Origin: Perspicuibacillus lycopersici
Lineage (GTDB): Bacteria > Bacillota > Bacilli > Bacillales > Caldibacillaceae
DNA: 24,000 nucleotides
Assembly (NCBI RefSeq): GCF_025660475.1
Contig: NZ_JAOUSF010000006.1
Coordinates: forward strand, 171,708-195,707
Reading direction: 5' to 3'
Shown here piece by piece: positions 9,286 through 17,238 of this stretch. Position 1 is the stretch's first letter. Every line of letters starts with the position of its first letter. Both the position numbers and the translations under genes were made by a program. A model generated the notes under the pieces. It was given only the letters and a program-made list of their open reading frames with translations. It ran no database searches and was not told the origin of the DNA.

Positions 9286-9310
9286 CATTCTTTGACAAAT
9301 ATAAAGAATG
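9286..9310. repeat. Inverted repeat in the rodA 5' leader
   Basis: CATTCTTT (9286-9293) and AAAGAATG (9303-9310) form perfect 8-bp arms with a 9-nt spacer. The repeat lies between the candidate promoter and the rodA start. Confidence 0.5.
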
Positions 9311-9352
9311 GCAGTAATTGAAATAATTTCCTTTCCGTGAAATAGAATTAGA

Positions 9353-9361
9353 ATTATATCA
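9353..9361 (-). promoter_or_regulatory. Extended -10 promoter candidate for rodA
   Basis: Minus strand TGATATAAT (TGn plus TATAAT). The -35 element is poor (ACGGTA). Confidence 0.45.
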
Positions 9362-9565
9362 CCGAAAAATAGTTTACCGTCATAATGTTATCAAAGAAAG
9401 AAGGATGTGACAATGAAAATAGAAGAGGAAAAAATTGCATAATGAAAGGAATATTATAAAAAAATATAACGGTTTTATAGCATATTGCTGTGCTGCTTAT
9501 TCTATAGAATAAAATGTATTACGTATCATTCCAAATTAAGAAGAAACTACAGTTAATATTTACGT

Positions 9566-9600
9566 ATAAAAAGGAAAAATCCCCCGTGTTGGGAGATTTT
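9566..9600 (-). terminator. Intrinsic terminator after the CNNM/CorC gene
   Basis: Minus strand: AAAATCTCCC-AACAC-GGGGGATTTT followed by TCCTTTTT. It starts about 20 nt after the TAA stop. Confidence 0.8.
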
Positions 9601-9619
9601 TTTCTCATGATGTAAGTTA

Positions 9620-10978
9620 TTAGATTGCTTCTGAATTAGCAGCGCGTAAGCTTATTGGCTGCTTAATGTTGTTATTCTCCAATTGGATCTTTTTCACTTC
9701 AACATATTTAATATGATGATCTTCCATTTCTAAAATATGAAACTGGAAGTCTTCATAGGAAAGTGTGTCTCCTTGTTTTGCCTCAAAATTTTCCGTCAAG
9801 ATCCAACCACCAATTGTATCGACATCCTCATCATTAATATTTAAGTTAAGTAAATCGTTGACTTCACTTACCAATACTTTTGCATCAAAAATATAATGAT
9901 TATCTGAAAGCTGTCTAATTAATGGGATTTCATCTAAGTCGAATTCGTCGCGAATTTCTCCGACAATTTCCTCTACGATATCTTCAACTGTCACGAGACC
10001 ACTAGTACCACCATATTCATCAAACAGAATAGCCATATGGATTTGTTCTTTTTGCATTTTTAATAGTAAATCATGAATCGGTACCGTATCAATTACTCGT
10101 ATAATTGGCCTCATATAGGATTGAATCGTTTGTTTTGATAAATCCTGACCAGATATAATAGCGGTTAAAATTTCTTTTATATTAATTAAACCAATAATAT
10201 GGTCCTTATCTCCATCAATAATCGGATACCTTGTAAATTTTTCGTTTCGCGCAATCGTTAATAGTGACTCAATCGAATCGTTAATATCTAGACTAACGAT
10301 TTCCGTTCTAGGCACCATAATTTCCTTTGCGATACGATTATCAAATTCAAAAATATTATTCACATACTTAAACTCTGATTGATTAATTTCACCATTTTTA
10401 AAGCTATCCGTTAAAATGATCCGTAGTTCTTCTTCCGTATGAACGTTCTCACTCTCGGATGCTGGCTTTAAACCAACTGCTTTCGTGATGAGTCGAGCGG
10501 AACCGTTTAAAACCCAAATAAACGGGTACATAATACGGTAGAATAATATTAAAGGTCTAGAAAACAATAATGTTACTTGCTCAGCTTTTTGAATCGCCAA
10601 TGTTTTTGGAGCTAATTCTCCAACTACTACATGAAGGAAAGTCATGATGATAAAAGCAAGACCAAGTGATAAAACGTGGGATACCGAGCTTGGAATATCG
10701 ATATTCACAAATAGTACGGAAAGCAATCCCTCAAACGTTGACTCACCAATCCACCCAATACCTAATGCTGTTACAGTAATCCCCAATTGACAAGCAGATA
10801 AATATTCATCCAGGTTGGTAATTACTTTCTTTGCTGCAATCGCACTTCTTCTACCTTCTTCAATTAACTGATCGATTCTTGATGAGCGGACCTTAACAAT
10901 CGCAAACTCAGACACTACGAAAAATGCAGTTAAAGCAATTAAAATGGCAATATAAATCAGACCAACTAAGTCGTCCAA
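9620..10978 (-). CDS. CNNM/DUF21-CBS-CorC_HlyC protein (hemolysin-family; putative Mg2+/Co2+ efflux, YhdP/MpfA-like)
   Basis: 452-aa ORF. It has an N-terminal 4-TM DUF21 region (FFVVSEFAIVKVRSSRI, GELAPKTLA), a central CBS pair (IMVPRTEIVSL..., RYPIIDGDKDHIIGLINIKE), and a C-terminal CorC_HlyC-like domain (DTIGGWIL). The TTG start at 10978 has a weak AGAAGGGA SD. Confidence 0.85.
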   Translation of the reverse strand: MDDLVGLIYIAILIALTAFFVVSEFAIVKVRSSRIDQLIEEGRRSAIAAKKVITNLDEYLSACQLGITVTALGIGWIGESTFEGLLSVLFVNIDIPSSVSHVLSLGLAFIIMTFLHVVVGELAPKTLAIQKAEQVTLLFSRPLILFYRIMYPFIWVLNGSARLITKAVGLKPASESENVHTEEELRIILTDSFKNGEINQSEFKYVNNIFEFDNRIAKEIMVPRTEIVSLDINDSIESLLTIARNEKFTRYPIIDGDKDHIIGLINIKEILTAIISGQDLSKQTIQSYMRPIIRVIDTVPIHDLLLKMQKEQIHMAILFDEYGGTSGLVTVEDIVEEIVGEIRDEFDLDEIPLIRQLSDNHYIFDAKVLVSEVNDLLNLNINDEDVDTIGGWILTENFEAKQGDTLSYEDFQFHILEMEDHHIKYVEVKKIQLENNNIKQPISLRAANSEAI

Positions 10979-11109
10979 GTAATTTCCCTTCTCGCAAATA
11001 TACGAGTAGGGAGTTCACCTCCTAAAGGAATTCAATTTTTTTTATTCATTTATTAATTATGAGAGAATCATAGCGTTATTACGAAAGCTCATTCCTCCTT
11101 ATGATAAAT

Positions 11110-11138
11110 ATTTTACTATAAATCTTGCTTTTTGTTAA
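11110..11138 (-). promoter_or_regulatory. Second (proximal) sigma-A promoter candidate inside the CNNM leader
   Basis: Minus strand: TTAACA (11138..11133), a 17-nt spacer, then TAAAAT (11115..11110). Confidence 0.4.
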
Positions 11139-11349
11139 TGAATGATAGCCTAAGGGAGCTTTGTAATCCCTTTTGTCATAAGTTTCTTGACTATTGGCTA
11201 CCCGAATAGGTGTGTTTTAGCTAAGTAACCATCTATAGAAAAATAAATTGTTTACGGAATATTGCATTTGAAAATGATGCGAGCGTGATGTGATTTCGGG
11301 AAACCATCATGAATTTGTGCTTGAAATAGCGGAAAAAAACTTTCTTATT

Positions 11350-11378
11350 ATTATAATTTTGAAAATATTCAATGTCAA
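11350..11378 (-). promoter_or_regulatory. Consensus sigma-A promoter about 365 nt upstream of the CNNM gene
   Basis: Minus strand: TTGACA (11378..11373), an exactly 17-nt spacer, then TATAAT (11355..11350). Both hexamers are perfect. Confidence 0.7.
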
Positions 11379-11474
11379 CTTATCTGTTCATTTTATAACA
11401 ATGCTAGGAAAAACCTAATCATAAAATATATATGCTTGTTATAGTCAGTTCCATAACTTAGAAGAATAATTATT

Positions 11475-11543
11475 ATAAAAAAGCTGCCCCAATGGTACAT
11501 ACCGCATCGACCGGTTTAAAGGTAGAGGTATGGATGGGACAGC
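11475..11543 (-). terminator. Intrinsic terminator after mgtE
   Basis: Minus strand: a long hairpin in which GCTGTCCCATCCATACC pairs with GGTATGTACCATTGGGGCAGC, followed by TTTTTT (11482..11477). Confidence 0.75.
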
Positions 11544-11554
11544 GCAAAAACAAT

Positions 11555-12916
11555 TTATAATAGTTTTTGTAAAAATACGGTCGCAATGCTGAAATAAGTG
11601 ATTAGCGAAAAAATATCATTTAATGTCGTAATTAATGGTCCAGAAGCAATCGCCGGGTCAATTTTTAAACGATAAAGGATTAAAGGAATGACCGTACCAG
11701 CTAATGTTCCAATAATTAACGTGAGGAAAAGGGATAGTCCGACAACTAATCCTAAGTATACATTTCCTTGCCAAAAATAGGCGATTAATGAAATCAAAAT
11801 TCCGCACGTAATCCCTATAATGAGGCCAACGACAAATTCCCTCCCAATTAATCGATAGATGGCTTTCTTATCTAAATCTGTACCGGCTAAACCACGAACG
11901 ACAACTGCTAATGATTGTGTACCCGTATTCCCAGTCATCCCAGAAATCATTGGCATAAAAAATGCGAGTGCAACTACTAAATCCAATGTTTCCTCGAAAT
12001 AGCTGATGATGCTTCCAGATAAAACGCCGATGATAAGAAGAAGGACGAGCCAAGGGAGACGTCTCCAGGCTGCGACAGTTGCCTTTGTATCAAAATCAAT
12101 AGCTTTACCTGATGCAGATAGCTTTTCAATATCTTCATTCGCTTCTTTAATAATAACATCTAGCATATCATCGAAGGTAACAATTCCAAGCAGAATATTG
12201 TTTTCATCAACGACCGGCAAAGCGAGGAAGTCATACCGTTCCAAAAGACGAGCGGCTTCCTCCTGGTCGGTATAATCTGATACGGATATCACCCGTTCAA
12301 ACATAATGTCATTAATCCGTTGACTGGCATCTGCTAACAGAAGATCCCGATAGGATACAACTCCAACAAGCTTACGATTTTCATCTACTACGTATAAATA
12401 GTTGATTGTTTCCGCGTAGTTAGCGAAATTTTTTAATTTATCAACTGCATCTCGAATCGTATAATAATTTCGGATCCATACAAAGCGGTTTGTCATCAAA
12501 CGACCAGCAGTTTCTTCTGGATATTTCATGATATTTTGTACAATGGTGGACTCTTCAAGCTGCATTTCTGCTAGTAGAGCGGACGTTTTTTCAGGAGATA
12601 GATCATGGAGTAATGATGCTAAGTCATCATTATCCATCATGTTTAATACTTCTCCTTTTTTGTCCAATGTTAATTTGTTTAAAATTTCAAATTGGAGATC
12701 GGTATCCTCTACTTCTTGTACCACATCAGCCAAAATATTATTGTTAAGGTGGTGTAAAAACCGTGTTTTAAATTTTGCTGGAATATTTGTATATAAAATG
12801 GCGATATCGTATGGCTGAAGTTCATCCAATATTTTTTCTAATTCTAGTTTTTTGTTTTCGCGAAGGTATTTCACAACAACTAGAGGTAATTGATCATCAG
12901 ATAATAAATGATTCAA
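11555..12916 (-). CDS. mgtE: Magnesium transporter MgtE
   Basis: The ORF has an MgtE N-domain, two CBS motifs (RFVWIRNYYTIRDAVD..., YLYVVDENRKLVGVVSYRDLL; LPVVDENNILLGIVTFDDMLD), and a TM domain containing MTGNTGTQS. AGGAGG (12930..12925) lies 8 nt before TTG 12916 (MNHLLSDDQ), giving 453 aa. The track start at 12958 includes the SD within its coding sequence and is unlikely. Confidence 0.92.
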   Translation of the reverse strand: MNHLLSDDQLPLVVVKYLRENKKLELEKILDELQPYDIAILYTNIPAKFKTRFLHHLNNNILADVVQEVEDTDLQFEILNKLTLDKKGEVLNMMDNDDLASLLHDLSPEKTSALLAEMQLEESTIVQNIMKYPEETAGRLMTNRFVWIRNYYTIRDAVDKLKNFANYAETINYLYVVDENRKLVGVVSYRDLLLADASQRINDIMFERVISVSDYTDQEEAARLLERYDFLALPVVDENNILLGIVTFDDMLDVIIKEANEDIEKLSASGKAIDFDTKATVAAWRRLPWLVLLLIIGVLSGSIISYFEETLDLVVALAFFMPMISGMTGNTGTQSLAVVVRGLAGTDLDKKAIYRLIGREFVVGLIIGITCGILISLIAYFWQGNVYLGLVVGLSLFLTLIIGTLAGTVIPLILYRLKIDPAIASGPLITTLNDIFSLITYFSIATVFLQKLL

Positions 12917-13162
12917 TGATAATTCCTCCTTTCTGGCAAAATAATTCCTGTAGCACAATGGAAATGAAGAGGGTTTGTGTGGCTTATTGTAATCGTCTGC
13001 AAAATGAATACTCTCCGTGTCTCCATGTATTCATTCTGCTCAGCAGTTTATTCAGTATTTCTCATCTTAGGAAATAACTACAATTAGAAAACGACTTAAA
13101 AATATAGAGTTTCTCTTTTAAGTCAATGCTAATACTCATTATGTTTGTGAAAAGATAAACTC

Positions 13163-13191
13163 ATTTTCACATAAAAAAAGTCCAATGACAA
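13163..13191 (-). promoter_or_regulatory. Candidate promoter of mgtE
   Basis: Minus strand: TTGTCA (13191..13186), a 17-nt spacer ending in TGT (extended -10 TGn), then GAAAAT (13168..13163). This implies a leader of about 240 nt. Confidence 0.35.
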
Positions 13192-13494
13192 GGAGTTTGA
13201 AAACAGATTAAGTATGTTACATTTCATTTACACTTATCGTAAATTATAGTATGTCTTATTTTAAAAATGGTACTATAAGTAAGAAAATTTTTATCGATTT
13301 TATGAGAAATTCATTTATAATAAAAAACAACTTGTGTGAAAATTAGTAAAAATACTAGTAATATGGGATGATGGGCCGAATCGGAGAATGAAAAGGTAAA
13401 ATTAATGATTCTATCGGTAAACTTTTTTATAATAATCCCGTCTATATTTATAAATACGTTTGAATTTGTATTGGAATGAAGTGGAGCTGAGTTG

Positions 13495-14286
13495 ATGGCA
13501 AGGAATGAAAGCAGTAGAGATATTGTTTATTTATTAGTGAACACCCATGATCATAATGTGATTTCCTACGGGATAACGTTTCATGAATTTATTGATGGAC
13601 TAAAAAATCCACTTTCGAACTTGTTATTATTAAAGCATGAATATGAAGATAGTGAATTTCATTTACATACCCAATTATCATATGTTACGAAAGATCATTT
13701 GTTAAAGGCTTCGAATCACGATGTGAACAAGTTTAGAAGTTTTTGTTGGGTAGATTTCGAGGATATTTTTAGTTTAGATACAATTGAGGATAAAGAACTG
13801 GCAGAGCTTCTATATTTAGGACATATGAAAAAGCACTTATCCTTACCTTTCTTTCAAAACATCAACAATCGATTTGCCTATTTGACAGATAATGATGGGT
13901 GGATGAATAAAATTTATTATCGCAATTGGGCTGATTTTTATGACGTGTTAAGTTCGGTTATATCGGGAAAGTTAAGCGATAGAAAGATTGATAAGTCGAT
14001 CATTAATTTTCGTAAAAAGAAATTTTATCCCCCAGTCGATCAATCTATTTTACATCAACTAAATTCCAAGTTTACCGAAGGAATAGTGATTTCATTCCAT
14101 TCCATCCGATTGATGAAGAACCAAATAGAAATTCCATTTTGGGTAGTCGGAGATTTTTATGATATGGATGAGATGATGGAAGTGTATCACGAAAAGCAAG
14201 TATTACCACCTGCTGGCTATCTATCCTATGATAAAAAGCAAAGAGATTGGACGATAGACTTTACAAAGAAATTAGAAAACGGGTAA
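13495..14286 (+). CDS. Hypothetical cytoplasmic protein, no recognised domain
   Basis: 263-aa ORF rich in acidic and aromatic residues, with no TM segment or signal peptide. GGAG (13483-13486) lies 8 nt before ATG 13495. The gene is monocistronic and has its own terminator. I cannot assign a family by eye. Confidence 0.7.
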   Translation: MARNESSRDIVYLLVNTHDHNVISYGITFHEFIDGLKNPLSNLLLLKHEYEDSEFHLHTQLSYVTKDHLLKASNHDVNKFRSFCWVDFEDIFSLDTIEDKELAELLYLGHMKKHLSLPFFQNINNRFAYLTDNDGWMNKIYYRNWADFYDVLSSVISGKLSDRKIDKSIINFRKKKFYPPVDQSILHQLNSKFTEGIVISFHSIRLMKNQIEIPFWVVGDFYDMDEMMEVYHEKQVLPPAGYLSYDKKQRDWTIDFTKKLENG

Positions 14287-14333
14287 TGGGATGGTTTATT
14301 AAAAACTTAAATTTGATTATTGTGCATTTGAAC

Positions 14334-14368
14334 AAAACACCAAAGTAATTATTGGTGTTTTTTGTTTT
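14334..14368 (+). terminator. Intrinsic terminator after the hypothetical gene
   Basis: AAAACACCAA (14334-14343) pairs perfectly with TTGGTGTTTT (14352-14361) across an 8-nt loop, followed by a TTTGTTTT tail. Confidence 0.85.
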
Positions 14369-14501
14369 ATTAAACTATGTAAGCAATTGTAGAAAGCGCT
14401 TATAATTATATTGAATAAATATGTTCTGCAAATTTAGGAGTTTTTGATAAATATAGATGATCGATTAAAAGCTGAAAATACATAGGATTGGAGTGCTTTC
14501 A

Positions 14502-15653
14502 TTGAAAATTGTTATAGCCCCAGATTCATTTAAGGAAAGTTTGACTGCTCTTGAGGTTGCAGTAGCAATCGAAAAAGGATTTAAAAAAGTGTATCCAGAA
14601 GCATCGTTTGTCAAAGTACCAATGGCTGATGGTGGGGAAGGAACTGTACAGGCACTTGTGGATGCAACAAATGGGCGGATTATCGTCAAAACAGTTACAG
14701 GACCATTAGGTGAACCAGTAAAAGCTTTTTTTGGCATTTTAGGTGATAGCAAAACAGCGGTAATTGAAATGGCTGCTGCATCTGGGTTGCATCTTGTTCC
14801 AATGTCGAAAAGGAACCCATTGCTTACAACCTCTCGAGGAACAGGTGAACTAATTTTAGCTGCACTTGAGGAAGGGGTTAACCATATTATCATTGGCTTA
14901 GGGGGAAGTGCTACAAATGATGGCGGAGCGGGAATGGTAAGTGCGTTAGGAGCTCGGCTTTTAGATGTGGAGGGCAATTCGATTGGAGAAGGTGGAGGGA
15001 GTCTAAATCTGCTTCATACGATTGATATTTCTTCATTAGATCCTCGACTTCAACAGGTGAAAATGGAGGTTGCCTGTGATGTTACCAATCCGTTAATTGG
15101 TCCTCATGGTGCATCTGCAATTTTTGGACCACAAAAAGGTGCAACATCGGAAATGGTACAGCAATTGGACGAGAATTTAGCCCATTATGCAAAAATTATT
15201 GAACGGAAACTTGGAAAGCAGATAGCTGAAGTTCCTGGTGCAGGCGCAGCAGGTGGTTTAGGTGGTGGTCTGATAGCCTTTCTTGATGCAGAGATTAATA
15301 GTGGAATACAAATTGTGCTTGCTGCAACGAAGCTAGAAGAGAGTTTACGTGGTGCAGATTTAGTAATTACTGGAGAAGGAAAAATCGATAGTCAGACCAT
15401 TTACGGAAAAACACCAATTGGGGTAGCTGAAACAGCAAAACGATTTGGCATACCAGTAGTAGCGATTGCAGGAAATGTTGCAAAGGATAGTGAGGTTGTT
15501 TTGGAGCATGGGATAGATGGATTATTTAGCATCGTACCAGGGATTGTTACATTAACGGAATCACTTGAGAATGCTGCGGAAAATATTGAGAGATTGGCTA
15601 GAAATATTGCTTGCCTGATAAAGATCGGAGGAACTTTAAACGTTAGTAGGTAA
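14502..15653 (+). CDS. glxK: Glycerate kinase
   Basis: The family-typical N-terminus MKIVIAPDSFKESL appears once the start is set at TTG 14502, with GGAG at 14490-14493 and 8-nt spacing. Other hallmarks are GGSATNDGGAGM and ITGEGKIDSQTIYGKTPIGVA. Confidence 0.9.
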   Translation: MKIVIAPDSFKESLTALEVAVAIEKGFKKVYPEASFVKVPMADGGEGTVQALVDATNGRIIVKTVTGPLGEPVKAFFGILGDSKTAVIEMAAASGLHLVPMSKRNPLLTTSRGTGELILAALEEGVNHIIIGLGGSATNDGGAGMVSALGARLLDVEGNSIGEGGGSLNLLHTIDISSLDPRLQQVKMEVACDVTNPLIGPHGASAIFGPQKGATSEMVQQLDENLAHYAKIIERKLGKQIAEVPGAGAAGGLGGGLIAFLDAEINSGIQIVLAATKLEESLRGADLVITGEGKIDSQTIYGKTPIGVAETAKRFGIPVVAIAGNVAKDSEVVLEHGIDGLFSIVPGIVTLTESLENAAENIERLARNIACLIKIGGTLNVSR

Positions 15654-15681
15654 TCTGAGAAGCGAATGAATAACGACAGTT

Positions 15682-15734
15682 AAAGTTGACCTTTTGCTAT
15701 GTTTTATAACATGGAAGTCAACTTTTTTGTTTTA
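15682..15734 (+). terminator. Intrinsic terminator after glxK
   Basis: AAAGTTGAC (15682-15690) pairs with GTCAACTTT (15717-15725), with an inner ATGTT/AACAT helix. TTTGTTTT follows. Confidence 0.75.
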
Positions 15735-15906
15735 TGTAAACTTATTATATTACTATAGATAATGCATTTTTTATTATCAATATATTTTTGTGCTATGTAA
15801 TCAGAGAGTTAAAGATTCTAATACAAGGTACAAAAATAGGCACCTCACCCATATAATAAAAAAGACAGGAAAAAACAATAGAAATACTTTAATGTCGAAA
15901 AATTAG

Positions 15907-15915
15907 TGGTAAAAT
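15907..15915 (+). promoter_or_regulatory. Extended -10 promoter candidate for ddl
   Basis: TGGTAAAAT (TGn plus TAAAAT) lies 86 nt upstream of the ddl ATG. The -35 element is weak (TTTAAT region). Confidence 0.4.
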
Positions 15916-16000
15916 AGATGAAGAAAAAAAGCAGCCTTTTTTTCGATGACACAATAGATGACAAATACTTTAAGAACAACCTTAAAAGTTGGAGGTTTGT

Positions 16001-17083
16001 ATGAAAACAAAAATTAATTTACTATATGGCGGAAAATCCGCTGAACATGAAGTGTCTATGCGAACGGCGTTAGCAGTTATTCAGGCATTAGATTTTCAAA
16101 AATACGAGGTAAATCCTATATATATTACAAAAGCAGGTCAATGGGTTCAACGTGAGGCACTAGAAAGTCCTGTTAAACATTTAAGTGAATTACAAATAGG
16201 TGCAAATACTTCTGATGATACTGCGCTTCAAGTAAGTGCGAATGAAATTTTTGTCAAAACAAAGGAATCGGAAGAAAAAGCAGTTATTTTTCCGTTATTA
16301 CATGGACCGAATGGTGAAGATGGTACAGTGCAAGGTCTATTAGAAGTACTGAACCTTCCATATGTAGGAAATGGTGTATTAGCTTCTGCTGCTGGGATGG
16401 ATAAAGTAGTAATGAAGCAATTATTCGCTCAAGCAGGTTTAAACCAAGTAGCATATGTATCCTTTATCCGCAATGATTGGGAAGAAAATCATGAACAAGC
16501 CTATCGTAAAGTTGAAGAAGAAATTGGATACCCATGCTTTGTTAAGCCAGCGAACTTAGGATCAAGTGTAGGTATTAGCAAATGTAATAATCGGGAACAA
16601 TTAAATCAAGCATTTGTTGAAGCATTTCAATTTGACCGCAAAATTATTGTAGAACAAGGTGTCGTTGCACGAGAAATCGAAATTGGTGTACTAGGCAATG
16701 ATCGCCCAGAATGCTCGGTTGTAGGAGAAATTGTACCAAAAACAGATTTCTACGACTATAAAGCGAAATATGAAGATGGTGATACCGCGTTAATCATTCC
16801 GGCGGATATTCCAGAGGAAACTTATGAAACTGTAAAAAATATGGCAACCAAAGCATTTAAAGTATTAGATTGTTCAGGATTGGTTCGTGCGGACTTCTTC
16901 TTAACAAGTACTGGAGAAGTATTAATAAATGAAGTAAATACAATGCCAGGATTTACTCCAGTAAGTATGTTTCCACTTCTTTGGAAGCATACTGGAATCG
17001 ATTACCCTGCGCTAATTGATCGTCTTGTACAGCTAGCACTTGAACGCTATAACGAAAAACAAAAAATCCGATATACAGTGTAA
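16001..17083 (+). CDS. ddl: D-alanine--D-alanine ligase
   Basis: ATP-grasp Ddl motifs are present: [61 protein letters not shown] (15991-15995) lies 5 nt before ATG 16001 ([11 protein letters not shown]). The track start at TTG 15989 overlaps the SD. Confidence 0.93.
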   Translation: MKTKINLLYGGKSAEHEVSMRTALAVIQALDFQKYEVNPIYITKAGQWVQREALESPVKHLSELQIGANTSDDTALQVSANEIFVKTKESEEKAVIFPLLHGPNGEDGTVQGLLEVLNLPYVGNGVLASAAGMDKVVMKQLFAQAGLNQVAYVSFIRNDWEENHEQAYRKVEEEIGYPCFVKPANLGSSVGISKCNNREQLNQAFVEAFQFDRKIIVEQGVVAREIEIGVLGNDRPECSVVGEIVPKTDFYDYKAKYEDGDTALIIPADIPEETYETVKNMATKAFKVLDCSGLVRADFFLTSTGEVLINEVNTMPGFTPVSMFPLLWKHTGIDYPALIDRLVQLALERYNEKQKIRYTV

Positions 17084-17195
17084 ACAATTATATTTTTTCA
17101 AGCGGTATGTAGTATTAATTATAACAACAAACATTAATTGCAGGGCAAACAATACGTTGGTCTATGCGTTATTTAATACGAACACGTTCACTTTC

Positions 17196-17238
17196 GCAAG
17201 GGTTGGCAGCATTCCAGCCCTTGCTTGATTTTACGTTT
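17196..17238 (+). terminator. Intrinsic terminator 113 nt downstream of ddl
   Basis: GCAAGGGTTGG-CAGCATT-CCAGCCCTTGC forms an 11-bp stem with one G-U pair (17196-17224), followed by TTGATTTTACGTTT. Confidence 0.7.

Noticed and set aside
9413-9442. A 9-codon ORF (MKIEEEKIA) with an AAGAAGGA-like SD 7 nt upstream, in the rodA/CNNM intergenic region.
   Set aside because: It is too short to support from sequence alone. It has no promoter or terminator context of its own and lies in the rodA upstream region on the opposite strand.
11057-11092. An 11-codon mini-ORF (MSFRNNAMILS) right after the strong AAGGAGG in the CNNM leader.
   Set aside because: The ATG is only 1 nt from the SD-like sequence, which is incompatible with normal initiation spacing. 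The AAGGAGG is more likely an RNA pairing element than a ribosome-binding site.
12917-13491. A search by eye for an M-box upstream of mgtE, and for a sigma-A promoter at TTGACT (13126..13121).
   Set aside because: No M-box core was found, which I report as a finding rather than a feature. The TTGACT hexamer has only a 14-nt spacer to the nearest TATATT, so it is not a credible promoter. It more likely forms part of a leader hairpin.
14465-14977. A 170-aa P/S/A-rich ORF on the minus strand.
   Set aside because: It is antisense to the well-supported glycerate kinase gene. Its composition is typical of the reverse frame of a G/A-rich protein, and it has no SD.
15921-15945. An A/T-only hairpin, GAAAAAAAG-CAGC-CTTTTTTTC, in the ddl leader.
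   Set aside because: The 9-bp stem consists almost entirely of A-U pairs, so its stability is marginal. It could be a 5' stabiliser or nothing, and the evidence is insufficient.
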